From: Octopus vulgaris
Taxonomy: Eukaryota
Length of the DNA: 64,000 nucleotides
Reading direction: 5' to 3'
NCBI GenBank assembly: GCA_951406725.2
Contig: OX597818.1
Span: forward strand, 129,146,001-129,210,000
Made by a program: the position numbers and the translations under genes. Below the pieces are notes generated by a model, which did not search any database, was not told where the DNA came from, and was given only the letters and a program-made list of their open reading frames with translations. How positions within the stretch are numbered: the stretch's first letter is position 1; each line of letters starts with the position of its first letter. Below are positions 14,124 to 27,609 of this stretch, one piece after another.

Positions 14124-14337
14124 AATCCTTTCTACTAAAGGCACAAGACCAGACACTTAGTGGATGGGGGAAGGAGATTACATTGATCCCCTTGCTCAAT
14201 TGGTATGTATTTTGTTAACCCTGAAAGGATGAAAGGTAAAGTTGACCTCGGTGGAATTTGAACTCAGAACATAAGAATGGGTAAAATGCCACTAAGTATT
14301 TTATCCGGTGTGCTAATGATTCTGCCACCTTGCCACT
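14124..14337 (-). mobile_element. SINE family A
   Basis: gaaaggatgaaaggtaaagttgacctcggtggaatttgaactcagaac. Confidence 0.85.
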
Positions 14338-14927
14338 TTATATAGACTGTATAATCAACATGTGGGTATATAGAGAGATTTAAAAAAAGGCAGGCGTAAT
14401 CCAAGTTAAGTATGTATGTACACCAACTTTGTAATATATTTAAAACAAAAATTTTTTTTTTTACCTGGATATGATAATATACTAACTAAATATATATTCA
14501 CTGATATTCATATCAGCAATGAACATATTTCATAATAAACACATTATAAATGATATATCTATATTCAGAGATATTCATAACATGCTGTATCAATGTTGAG
14601 AAATATTCAGATACACCTACATAATAGAGTATATAACTAATATATTAGTCTATTCACAGACACACACACACACACATGTACATTTGTATGCAGTATGTAT
14701 ACACACACATGCACATGTTATGAGATTGAAGATTATAACATGAGCATGCATTTTCACAGACATTCAGTATCAATAATGTATGTAGGATATATCACTATTA
14801 TGTGTGTAAATTTAGAGATAATAATATCAGTGACATGTAATTATGTTCTTATATACTATATATTTGTGATATTTGTGTATATATATATACTATATATTTA
14901 TGTGTATATATACTATATATTTATGAT

Positions 14928-14961
<34 letters not shown>

Positions 14962-14985
14962 GCATATTATTATTATTATTATATA

Positions 14986-15186
14986 TTCTTTTATTCTTTT
15001 ACTTGTTTCAGTCATTTGACTGCGGTCATACAGGAGCTCCACCTTTAGTCGAATAAACCGACCCCAGGACTTATTCTTTGTAAGCCTAGTACTTATTCTA
15101 TTTGTCTTTTTGCCGAACTGCTAAGTTACGGGCACTTAAACACACCGATATCAGTTGTCAAGTGATGGTGGTGGGAACAAACACAG
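14986..15186 (-). mobile_element. SINE family B, 3' half
   Basis: ttttacttgtttcagtcatttgactgcgg...gacttattctttgtaagcctagtacttattcta. Confidence 0.85.
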
Positions 15187-15217
<31 letters not shown>

Positions 15218-15220
<3 letters not shown>

Positions 15221-15336
15221 CTTAAATAAGAATGTTGTTGACTGTGACTTGGAAATTTAGGCCACCTAAGCCATAGATGATGGCTTAGCTGGCTGAGACT
15301 TCAAAGTCACTATCAACAACATTCTTGTTTAAGAAT
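15218..15336. repeat. ~120-bp imperfect palindrome (fold-back) beside (TA)n
   Basis: attcttaaataagaatgttgttga..gtgactt..ctaagccat / atggcttag..aagtcac..tcaacaacattcttgtttaagaat. Confidence 0.85.
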
Positions 15337-15426
15337 AATAAATTTATACTCTACAAAAGTATAGAGTAACCCATTAGATTAACATAAAATTGCTTTTATT
15401 ACAACTGAAAATAAAACCAAACATTT

Positions 15427-15649
15427 ATTTCTCTACTACCCACAAAGGGCTAAACACAGAGGAGACAAACAAGGACAGACAAACGGATTAAGTCGATTAT
15501 ATCGACCCCAGTGCGAAACTGGTACTTTATTTTTCGACCCCGAAAGGATGAAAGGCAAAGTCGACCTCGGCGGAATTTGAACTCAGAACATAACGGCAGA
15601 CGAAATACGGCTACGCATTTCGCCCGGCGTGCTAACATTTCTGCCAGCT
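15427..15649 (-). mobile_element. SINE family A, young (CpGs retained)
   Basis: Near-identical to 48801-49018. Confidence 0.9.
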
Positions 15650-16149
15650 ATTAACCAAACATTAATACATACACACACTCATATACACGTAGCATTACAC
15701 ATACATATTATAGGTTATATATTAATTCACCAATAAGTGTAAAGGGCATATATTGAGATATTCCTATGACAAACATGTATGTGTATTCTTGTTCAAGGCA
15801 TGCAGGCACTCTGCCCTAAGTGACTGTTTGAATGCCTTTGATTATAAAACGTGCTTAATCAAGCACCAACTTTGAGCTATACAACAACAACAGCCCTATG
15901 CTAACATACAAATGCATTCAGGTGCAGAACAATTAACATGCATAAAAAACATGCACATACATGCAGACATGCATGTTTCAAACTTTAGTTACTTTCATAC
16001 ACACATTTATCTTCATTTTGATAACACAGCCATTTCTTTAATTTAAGGTATTGGAGATACAATGAACAGTATGTGATATAATATGGGTGTATGTAAGAGA
16101 AACTAGGAATATATATATATATATATATATATGTGTGTATAATTCAGTG

Positions 16150-16201
<52 letters not shown>

Positions 16202-16220
16202 TATATATGTATATATATAT

Positions 16221-16603
16221 AGGTACAGGCATAGATGTGTGGTAAGTAGGCTGCTTCCCAACCACATGGTTCTGAGTTCAGTCCTATTGTGTGGGACCAT
16301 AGCCAAGTGTCTTCTACTATAGCCTAAGGCTGATGAAAGCCTTTTGAATGGGCTTGGTAGATGGGTGTATATATATATATATATGAGTGTGTGTGTGTGT
16401 ATTTGTCCCTCACCACCACTTGACAACCAGTGTTGGTTTGTTTATAGCCCTGTAACTTAGTGGTTTAGCCAAATGTATCCACAAAAATGTACCAGACTTT
16501 AAAAAAAATATGTACTAGAGTCGTTTCATTTAACTAAGAAAATTCTTCAAGGCAGTGCCCCAGCATGGCTGCAGTTTAATGCATGAAACAAGTAAAAGAT
16601 AAA
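16221..16603 (+). mobile_element. SINE family B, diverged full length
   Basis: tgtgtggtaagtaggctgcttcccaaccacatggttc ... cagcatggctgcagtt..gaaacaagtaaaaga. Confidence 0.8.
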
Positions 16604-16629
16604 AGATATATACATAAATATTTTAAAAC

Positions 16630-17026
<397 letters not shown>

Positions 17027-17529
17027 ATATATATATATGTGTGTGTGTTTACACATATGCATATATATATGGCTGTTGGTGGTAAAAAGATATACACAAT
17101 CTATAATGTTATACACTCTCAATATAGGATATATCATCATCATATGAATATATACCAATACACTGAAATATATTCATATACACACACATTCTTGATTATA
17201 TCACCAACATGTATGTATATTAAAAAATATTCATGTTGATATATGTGTGTGTGGGTATTCATGTTATAGATTATATATTTTTTAGCGTCAACAAGTGTGT
17301 ATATTGGGAAGGACACTTGTATACACCCATTTTATAGATTGTGTCACCAATATCCAAAATGGTAGTAATTATTGTGTTGTTAGCAAAAAGGTAAAGCCTC
17401 CATATGAATGCTACAAAACTTTAAAACATGCATATCTGTATGCATATTTCTGTGCATGTTAGTTGTTCTGTAGCTGAATGCACGTGTGTGTCAGTGTAAT
17501 GCCATTGCTGTTGTAGTGCGCCAAATTGG

Positions 17530-17725
17530 CACTTAATTAAGCACATTTATAATCAAAGGCATTCGAGCTGTCACCATCTTGACTGGGGACAGTTTGCCTG
17601 CATAGTTTACCTTGGACAACACATCTAAATTTGCCTTTTTTTTTTCTTCTTCTAAAGACATTGAGTTGTAATTTGATGGAGATGTGGCTGCTATGTTTAG
17701 CATGTAGAGCAATCATCTAAAAACT
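17530..17725 (+). repeat. Interspersed repeat of unknown class
   Basis: tttga(t/g)ggaga(t)gtggctgcta..ttagca motif also at 20-82 and 34450-34630. Confidence 0.55.
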
Positions 17726-17757
17726 CATCCTCACTGCATGCATATGTGTATGCATGT

Positions 17758-17803
<46 letters not shown>

Positions 17804-17937
17804 AGAGAGAGAGAAAAAGAGAGAGAGAGAAAAAGAGAGAGAGAAGCGAAAAACGAATAGTCAAATTACATACCTACATATATACATAGTGTGTGTGCAT
17901 ATATATATATTCTGTGTGTATATATATATATATACAC

Positions 17938-17971
<34 letters not shown>

Positions 17972-18033
17972 GTACACACAGAATATATATATATATGCAT
18001 ATATATATAATGTGAATGTATATCTATATTGTG

Positions 18034-18093
<60 letters not shown>

Positions 18094-18205
18094 TATAATT
18101 TTTCTGAATCTTCAGATTTTTCAATATGCTAGGCCACTGGTTTTAAATTAATATTAATCAAATTAATATTCAATTTTTCACCCTTATTATTTAAATTTAT
18201 ATATG

Positions 18206-18245
<40 letters not shown>

Positions 18246-18297
18246 ATATATATATATATATATATATTATGAATATATATCTATATTGTGTATAATA

Positions 18298-18363
<66 letters not shown>

Positions 18364-18533
18364 TATAAATTAAATAAATGACAAAGAAATAAGAAATGAT
18401 GTCATGAACTTCATTAGCTAATGCCATCTACTTAATCTCTTATTACTGCTCTCTACTTGATTGAAGCTTTGTTCAGGAGCATAAGTATATTGTGCTCTAA
18501 CACCAGGTTATTTGCATTGATATGCCTAAGTGA

Positions 18534-18580
<47 letters not shown>

Positions 18581-18604
18581 TAATGATAATAATGAGTTCA
18601 AATT

Positions 18605-18801
18605 TTTGCCACAAGGGCAGCTTGGGAGAGGAGATTAAGTCGATTACAATGACCCCTGTGTTTCACTGGTGCTTAATTTATTGACCCCAAAATGTTGCAA
18701 GGCAAAGTCGACCTCAGCGGAATTTCAACTCAGAATGTAAAGACGAAATACTGCTATGTATTTTGCCTGGCATGCTAGTGATTCTGCCAGCTTGCTGCCT
18801 T
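18605..18801 (-). mobile_element. SINE family A within (TAA)n
   Basis: aaggcaaagtcgacctcagcggaatttcaactcagaa...tctgccagcttgctgcctt. Confidence 0.85.
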
Positions 18802-18838
18802 AAATGATAATAATAATGATAATAATAATAATAATAGT

Positions 18839-18895
<57 letters not shown>

Positions 18896-18896
<1 letters not shown>

Positions 18897-19034
18897 GGCA
18901 TGTGGTAAATAGCTTGCTTACCAACCACATGGTCCTGGGTTCAGTCCCGTGTCTTCTACAATAGCCTTGGAACAACCAAAGCCTTGTGAGGGGATTTGAT
19001 AGAAGGAAACTGGAAGAAGCCCATCGTATATGTG

Positions 19035-19077
<43 letters not shown>

Positions 19078-19303
19078 ATGTGTGTGTATATGTCTGTGCG
19101 TCTGTGTTTGTACCCCCAAATCGCTTGACAAACAATGCTGGTGCGTTTCCATCCCCCTAAAACTTAGCGGTTTGGCAAAAGAGACCAATAAAATAAGTAC
19201 TAGGCTTACAAAGAATAAGCTCTGGAGGCGATTTTCTCGACTAAAGGTGGTGCTTCAGCATGGTCGCAATCAAATGACTGAAACAAGTAAAAGAATAAAA
19301 GAA
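18896..19303 (+). mobile_element. SINE family B
   Basis: Colinear with 5862-6265, with a small internal deletion. Confidence 0.85.
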
Positions 19304-19360
19304 TAATAATAATGATGATGTGTATATATATATATGTATAGAATATAATATAAAATATAA

Positions 19361-19742
19361 ATTACAAAGTGGGACAAGAACGCAAAAACACACAAGGAGA
19401 CGACACAAAAAACCGATGGGTCACTCGAAGCCTCTAATCTTCAGTCGGGAACCGGATCATCTTAGTAATTTCGGCTGTTTAATCTCGATATCACTCCGAT
19501 CTGGCCAGCCCCAAGGAAAAACCAAGCCACAGGCATTGGATTTCTTGGAAAGAGGGTCGAATGTATACGAAACGAAGACAGGATGCCACACGAATGTAAA
19601 TACAAGAAACAAAATTATATATAAAACAGAAATAAAAAATACGAAGGTGGACAGTACAAGGACAGGAGCGTCTTACGACTTTAGACAAATTTTAACTTAT
19701 CTTGGCTGGCGTAAATGAAAAAAGCCTTCAACGGCAGAAACG
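19361..19742 (-). mobile_element. Unclassified CpG-rich ~380-bp element between TA-rich tracts (PLE-derived?)
   Basis: Sharp compositional boundaries; minus strand carries GAAA...cgaCTGAAGA, as does 55710-55880. Confidence 0.45.
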
Positions 19743-20108
19743 ATATATGTGTATGTATATGTATATGTGGACAAGATTACCAGCTGAAGTTATTTATATA
19801 TAAAACATGCAGCTGTTTATACCTTCCAGAAAAATACAGATCTTCATGAAACACTAGTTCTAGTGTAAGGCATTTTGGGATATGCAAACAAATCCTCAGA
19901 ACTTTTGCAAATTTTTTGAGAACCATAACCTAAGTGGCAAAAAAAGACCGATAGAATAAGTACTAGGGTTACAAAAGAATAAGTCCCGAGTCAAGTTGCT
20001 CGATTAAAGGCAGTGCTCCAACATGGCCGCAGTCAAATGACTGAAACAAGTAAAAGAGTAAAGAGTATATGTATATACAAATATATATATATATATATAT
20101 ATATAATG

Positions 20109-20146
<38 letters not shown>

Positions 20147-20419
20147 TAGATATATTATATATGTATATATATATGCTTGTGCATAAGTTCAGGGAGGCCA
20201 CATCTCTATCACCCTTCCTGCCACTTATTCTTTTTTTCTTTAACCTTTGTATGCTATGCATATGTCCCTTCTTTTTCAGTGTATATCGTGTTACTTACTT
20301 CCTTAATTCTTTCAATTTTTTTTTACCATTTCATTATATACAAATTCCCAAACTTTATGTCTTTGTATTGTCCCCCTCATCCTTCGCGCTTCTTGTAAAT
20401 AAAAAAATCACCATCATCA

Positions 20420-20474
<55 letters not shown>

Positions 20475-21008
20475 CATTATTATTATTATCATCATCATCA
20501 ATATTATTATATATATGTGTATATATTCCTACATATCTATTTACGTACACACACACACACACATTATGTAGATATATGTATGCATTCATATACACAGACA
20601 TATGCATACACATGCCACACCCGACATAGCAGGATAAAGTGTCAGTTATCTCATCATTTCGGGATGAAGAGATATCTAATGAAGTGGTGATCAATGCTGT
20701 TCACTTCAAATCACAGGGAATAACAGATTGGGAAAAAGAAGAGGCAGAGAAAGTGAGAGAGTTGGGGGGAGAGGTAAAAGAGGGAAAGGGATACAGAGAG
20801 AGATATAGAGGGTAGATTAAACCAAAACGCAGTGGATAGATTATGTTATTTGTAAGTTATATCAAATAGCTTAATGCTGAAAAAACACCTATGATAAAAG
20901 CCATTCTAGACATGACCATATTTCTTTACTTTCCTATACTTTTCTAAGAAAATAATATCAGATGTGAGATGTGAGAGACTGGTACAAATAGCAGCAGGAT
21001 GTTTGTAC

Positions 21009-21140
21009 CAGGTGTAGTGACTAGGTAAAGGCTACTTTGTTGTGGAAGAGGAGGAGCTGAGGGCGGCAGAGATCGGTCAAAAGGTTGTTGTGATTTCATG
21101 CCTTTCCTAATGGCTTTTGCAGTTTAAGTAAAAATAACAG
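21009..21140 (-). CDS. Candidate exon (MKSQQPFDRSLPPSAPPLPQQSSLYLVTTP), product unknown
   Basis: Unique GC-richer island; acceptor ttcatgttgcag|, ATG at 21099, possible donor CTG|gtacaa; no homology recognised. Confidence 0.22.
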
Positions 21141-21150
21141 CTGCAACATG

Positions 21151-21201
<51 letters not shown>

Positions 21202-21298
21202 TTCAGCAAAAATTTAGATTCAAATGAATATGGTACTTAATTTAGATGCACCAGAATTTTGTATGGTGTTATCCATAAAAATTGGTGGGGTGATTATA

Positions 21299-21445
21299 AT
21301 CAAAATAAGCAACAAGGATGACTCCGGTAATTTGGTACGATCGTTTCATACTACATCATTTTATTAAATGTTGTAAGTATTACAGCAGATTTAAATCTGT
21401 TGTACGATCGTACCAAATTACCGGAGTTATTCTTGTTGCTTATTT

Positions 21446-21449
<4 letters not shown>
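21299..21449. mobile_element. Fold-back element with 46-bp inverted arms ending in a hammerhead-like stem III
   Basis: Arms 21299-21344 / 21404-21449; minus strand reads a stem II hairpin then GAAA-C-GATC-G-TA-CCAAA. Confidence 0.75.
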
Positions 21450-21532
<83 letters not shown>

Positions 21533-21721
21533 CATATACACACACATATTTATATATATATATAAATATATATATACATACACAGATACATATATATGTA
21601 TGTATTTATGAATAATGATTTATATTAGGTATCCTCATCATCATGCACAAAAAAAAAGATATATATACACACACACACATATATATATAAGTATATATAT
21701 AATGATATGTGTATATAGATA

Positions 21722-21855
21722 TTATTCCTTTCTGTTGAAGAGCATAGGCTCAAAACGTAAAAGACTTTTCCATTTTTCCTGAGCATTAAAGTAGTACACC
21801 TGATTGTTGTTCCTACACCTGTCTTCATCTTCAGTTTTTCTATAAATTTGAACTA
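21722..21855 (+). mobile_element. Short element with a decayed minimal hammerhead (21728-21763)
   Basis: CTTT-CTGTTGA-a-GAGC-atag-GCTC-aAAA-C-G-TA-AAAG; homologous to 60080-60273. Confidence 0.65.
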
Positions 21856-22169
21856 TATATATATATCTGTGTGTGTACGTGTGTGTGTATATACATATAT
21901 ATGTATATTCACACACACATCTATGTATGTATGTATGTAAGCTAGCATAGTCAAACAGAAAAAGCCGAGGTAGGTTTTCTATGGTTGGATACCCTTCCCA
22001 CTGCCAACCTTAACCAGTTTCCCCACAAGGTAATATTTGCCCATAGCCAAATGTATTTTCACTGAAGATTGAAAATGTATGGTATTGCTTGTACACAATG
22101 ATGCTTCTTTGCAATCATCATGTGGTGTCAACACAAGGAGACTACTCCACTATATATTGGTATATATAT

Positions 22170-22593
22170 AGGTGCAGGAATGGCTGTGTAGTAAGCTTAC
22201 GTCTCAGCCACATAGTTCTGGGTTCAGTCCCACTGCATGGCACCTTGGGCAGGTGTCTTCTGTTATAGCCTCAGGCCAATCAAAGCCTTGTGAGTGGATT
22301 TGGCAGATGGAAACCGGTAGAAGCTTATTGCATATATGTCTATGTATGTGTGTTTATGTGTGTGTGTGTTTATGTGTGCGTGTGTTTGTGTTTGTTTTGC
22401 ATCACTGGTTGACTATTGGTGTTGCTGTGCTTAGGTTCCTGTAACTTAGAGGTTTGTCAAAAGAGAATAATAGAAAAAGTACCAGGCTTTAGAAAAATAA
22501 ATCCTGGAGTTGAACTGTATGACTAAATGTTTTTCGAGGCAGTGTCCCAGTATCCCAGCATAGCTGCAGTCTAACAATTAAAACAAGTAAAAG

Positions 22594-22594
<1 letters not shown>
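22170..22594 (+). mobile_element. SINE family B, diverged full length
   Basis: aggtgcaggaatggctgtgtagtaag..gggttcagtcccactgcatggcaccttgggcaggtgtcttc. Confidence 0.85.
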
Positions 22595-22667
<73 letters not shown>

Positions 22668-22699
22668 TACATACATACATACATACATACATACATACA

Positions 22700-22773
<74 letters not shown>

Positions 22774-22918
22774 ATCATATTATATATAAACAAACCACGT
22801 AAATGTTGATATGTAGGTTCAATTCTGGCTAGGGTTAGCTCATTATTTTTCAGTCAATTTGTTGATATATAAATGTCACTTTAAATCTGAGAATGCATAT
22901 ATTATTATGATATATATA

Positions 22919-22986
<68 letters not shown>

Positions 22987-23338
22987 GTGTGTTTATGTGT
23001 CCCTTTGTCTTGTTATCACATCATGGTCGCAAATGAGCATCAGTATCACACAAGTGAGGTTGTTCTCTTCCAATTTTCTGGGATAAACATACCTGCCATG
23101 GGGAAATACTACCTTACTTGCAAACAAGTGAAATTTGGTGACAGATAGGGCATATAGCTGTATAAATTCTACCTCAACAAATTCCATTTTATCCATTCAA
23201 GCATAGAAATGTGCACTGACGATGTCAGTGATATATAAATGTATATATGTGCATATGCATATACACATATATGTGTTATTTTGTATATGCATATGTGTGC
23301 ATGTGTATATATGTATATATATATATGTGTGTGTGTGT

Positions 23339-23387
<49 letters not shown>

Positions 23388-23543
23388 GTGGGCTAAAAGT
23401 TATGCACAAAATAAGTTGATTATGCTTCAGAACAGTCAGAGACGAGCTTCAATTTTTCTAAAATTGATTAAAATAAATAAAGAAATTATGAATACACATG
23501 TACTTGTACATGATGAACAGACTGAATAATAATAATAATAATG

Positions 23544-23577
<34 letters not shown>

Positions 23578-23636
23578 TAATAATAATAATAATAATAATG
23601 ATAATAATAATATTAATAATAATAATAATAATAATG

Positions 23637-23670
<34 letters not shown>

Positions 23671-24369
23671 TGATAACAACATAATATAGATAAAATGGCA
23701 ACCGTTTTGGTGCAGGATTTTCAGGCCACCCTCTATGTATGTATGTATGTATGTATGTATGTATGTATGTATGTATGTATGTACGTACGTACGTACGTAT
23801 GTATGTATGTATGTATGTATGTATGTATACACAAAAACATAGACACACACACACCCACTCACACACACACACACACACATATCGTTGTATGCATGGATGT
23901 AATTGTATTTTGGTAAACATGACAATTTCATGATAGCCTACAGGTTTTCTGCAGTTATAGTTAGTTGCCTCATCAGCGAAACAATAATCAAATCAGTCAG
24001 CAGTTTCTACATGTACACACCTATGTGGAGAGAAGATAAAATAAACCTAAGTAAGAAATATGTGTGTTAGAGAGAAAGGGGGAGAAGAGAAAGTGAGAGT
24101 GTGTGTCATTAAATGAGGGAAAATAATTTAGATTGGAAGAGGAGAGAATTCTTTGAGATGATATTAGATAAAGAGAGAAAGTAGAAAGACATAGAAATTG
24201 ATACATTTCATATAGATATTTATAATGAATTTTTGAATAAAAAATTTATTAAGGCAAAGGGGTATGGCAGAGAGTGGTGGTAATTATGTAATTATGTCCA
24301 GTGACATTGTGAGTTCGAATCTTCCTCTTGGCTTTAAGAGTATCATGAAAGGTTGGCTGGAGGCCCCAA

Positions 24370-24500
24370 CCTTCCAAGTTATTTTACAGGGCTTAGAAAA
24401 ACTGAAGGGCTGCTGCAAATATGTTGAATAAAATCATAATTGACTGATCCTCCTGTATTTTCTTTTCCCCAAAGCCAGGAACTTTTCAGCATGCCCTCAT
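24370..24500 (+). mobile_element. mariner-like 3' remnant
   Basis: Frame YFTGLEKLKGCCKYVE* resembles a mariner transposase C-terminus, followed by a TIR-like ggaacttttcagcatgccctcaTA. Confidence 0.45.
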
Positions 24501-25055
24501 AAACTTAAGTATATGTCATGTTTTGGGGTTGATGTAACTGACAGACTCATTTTATTGGTGGTCAGAATGGGCTTACAAACAGTATGGTGGACTGATAAAA
24601 TTAGTAGAATTGAAGACAAAATGTCATATGTTATTTGTTCCAACTCTATATTTTGATTTCAAATTCTGCAAAGGTCATTTTTTCTTGACTACATATATTT
24701 CTATCATATTCTATTTGTGTATTTTGGGAATCAAACAACCATAATTGATTATGGATGCAATACAATGTTAAATGAACCTATGATAAATGAATAATAGAAA
24801 ATACGGGAAAGAAAGTGTTTCATTCTGAGACCCCTTAGTTGTCCCCCCCAACTTACCCAAATAAAAACCCTAAATAGTTTTTAAACACACATAATGATAT
24901 TGTTTCATGTCTCGAATAATATTTAGAGTAAAGTTTAATGACAGATAATCAGTAAATAATGAATAAACTTGTCTACACCAATTGTTAGGATCGGGCATCT
25001 TTGTATTTTTTTTCTGTTTACCAGTGGCATGTTGATGAGTATATGCACATAGATA

Positions 25056-25453
25056 TCTTTAAATATAAAAGAGAAGTCATGTGTCTGTCTCCTACGATTT
25101 AGATTCCCAACTACTCCCACATTTTGCGGTGCAGTTTAACCAAAACCGGGTATCTTATAGTCGTGATTCATATCGAGCCCTTCTGGGTATTAGCACACGT
25201 CTACGATGAGTCTACGATTTAAAAAAGAATTTACCATAATTTTTTTCCATTTTAATGCATTTTTTCGCTATTATATAAGGGAAGTAACTCTCTAAAAATG
25301 TCTACGATGAGTCAACGATTTAAAAAAAAATTTACCATCATTTGTTTTCCATTTTTAATGCATTTTTTTGCTATTTTTTGGCTATAATTCTCTAAAAATG
25401 CTTATATAGTTATTTCCCTTACAAACCCGAGCAACACCGGGCAATACTGCTAG
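25056..25453 (+). mobile_element. Non-autonomous Helitron
   Basis: A|TCtttaaatataaaa 5' end; subterminal hairpin cccgagcaacaccggg; CTAG|T 3' end; internal ~100-bp tandem duplication (25200-25299 / 25300-25400). Confidence 0.75.
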
Positions 25454-26189
25454 TATATATATAAAATATACAGCCTTGCAGCATAGTGATACCAACATGA
25501 GTGATAATCAGTGTATTCCGAGTAGCTGAGTATTGTGGATGGTTGCAGTGGTATGCTTTGCAGACAAAGCAGAATCTGTGACTGATTGTTGACTTGTGTT
25601 TTCACAGATCAATTCGTGATAAATATAACATGGTTCACAATTAAGCATACCATGTTAACCCCCAGATCAGTGATAAATGAACCTGTGATAAACAAGGATA
25701 GATATGTATACTCATGTTGTAAAATGGCAGCCACAGAAGTAGTAGGGAGAGGTGGTCATTATTGCTGTCATAGTAGTAGCCTCAATAATGCACCAATTAA
25801 TTTTCAAAAAACAAAATTATGTCCAAAAAAATATAATAAAAGCATTAAGAAAATTAGACACATGGACAGAGTTTATAGTTACACAATGAGAAAAAAATAA
25901 GAACATTGAGAACCTTAATTTAATTGAGGGAAAAATAATATCTTTCATCTTATTTTTTAATCTTTTACTTGTTTTGGTCGTTAGACTATGGCCATGCTGT
26001 GGCACTGCCTTGAAGAATTTTTTAGTTGAATGAATTAACGCAAGTACTTAATTTTTAAGCTTGGTACTTATTCTAGAAGACTCTATCTTCCCATCCAATG
26101 TAGTTGACCTAACACCTCCCCCAAAATTGCTGGCCTTGTGCCAAAATTTGAAACCATCATCATCATCATCATAGTTGTCATCATCATTA

Positions 26190-26410
26190 AGGTGGTGTGC
26201 AGACTTTTTAGTTCACTGGACAAAATGCTCAGTGGCATTCTTCCAGCTCTTTACATTTTGAGTTCAAATTATGCTGAGGTGAACTTTGCCTTTTATCCTT
26301 TTGGGGTTGATAAAATAAGTAAACAGTTGAACATTGGGGTTGATGTAATCCACTTTCCTCCTCCTACCAAAATTTTAGGTTTTGTATCTATAGTAGAATA
26401 GTAGAAAGAA
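26190..26410 (+). mobile_element. SINE family A, diverged
   Basis: gagttcaaattatgctgaggtgaactttgccttttatccttttggggttgataaaataagt. Confidence 0.75.
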
Positions 26411-26444
26411 ATATTATTATTATTATTATTGTTATTATTATTAT

Positions 26445-26903
26445 TGAGTGAGAGAGCAGTACATGCCATCAAAGTGGCACTGGGGTAAAATATACGAAGC
26501 CCAATATACTACTCATCTGATAAGGGTACACCAGGCACATGCATCACAACCATATGTGCACGACATGGTGATCTCATATCAAGATAAACAGCGCATGACT
26601 TTGCAGGTGGGGCCCAGTTGGGATTTCCTTCAGGTCCAATAGCCCATCCCACTCAAAAGGTCCCTGAATAAGGGTTTCCAAAGCTAAACTATCCAAACCC
26701 CAAAGAATTCTTTTCAACACATGTCTATGATGCTCCCACACTAATTCTGCACATGATCATGATCAGAGATGCACATATCATCAGCCACTAACGGACACAT
26801 GTTCAACTGGTTAAGGTCAGACAACTGACAAGCAAATCTGTGGTATTGAGCAGAATATTTCTTGTAGCCCATCTTTTATACAAAGACAAAACAATGTACA
26901 GGA
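26445..26903 (-). mobile_element. Unclassified ~460-bp non-autonomous element inserted in (ATT)n
   Basis: GC-richer block with (ATT)n on both sides; no ORF recognised; strand inferred from the (AAT)n tail. Confidence 0.5.
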
Positions 26904-26945
26904 TAATTATTATTATTATTATTATTAATTTTTTTATTATTATTA

Positions 26946-27009
<64 letters not shown>

Positions 27010-27163
27010 GGTGAAGATGTGATGGATATAGCAGAAGCGCAGACAAAAATATCTTGTAGTTTATTGTTCATATATTCCTAATATTGTGAATCCAAACCCA
27101 ATGAGATTATCTCTCAGGATCATTCAAGAATGCGTTCTGTCCACAGCAAATAAATTTTAGGTT

Positions 27164-27462
27164 CTATATGATTGTGAGAAATCTTTGCCTTTCCTTTTTT
27201 GAGGATTGATAAATATAAGTCATATTCTGGGACATGTACAACTGATTGTTACTTCTCATGAAATTTGGAGGCATTCTACTTTTGTATAGTATTGTTCCAT
27301 GTCTATTTTTGTCTGCAGTCAATCTTATGTAAAATGAATCTGTAATTAGTCCTTGTAAGGTCTTCTCATTCATCTCCAGATAAGTGAAAACATTATTGTT
27401 GTCATCATCTAACCTCCTTTCCATTTCTATGCATGTGTCAACAAATTTTGCAGGGGATATAG
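27164..27462 (-). CDS. Candidate coding exon (MERRLDDDNNNVFTYLEMNEKTLQGLITDSFYIRL...), product unknown
   Basis: About 99 stop-free, non-repetitive codons in AT-rich DNA, preceded by the acceptor tcatttctgtcag|. Confidence 0.3.
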
Positions 27463-27472
27463 CTGACAGAAA

Positions 27473-27541
<69 letters not shown>

Positions 27542-27609
27542 GAGCAAAACACCCACAGTTCAATGGACGGTGCTGAATCATATCTGGTGAATAAAAAGCA
27601 ATCAGTGTT

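Noticed and set aside
19820-19872. GAAA-CACTAG-tt-CTAGTG-TA-AGG hammerhead-like 3' half
   Set aside because: Stem III is good, but there is no recognisable CUGANGA or stem II upstream.
26445-26903. HDV-like ribozyme in the (ATT)n-inserted element
   Set aside because: I could not build the nested double pseudoknot by eye; a descriptor search is needed.
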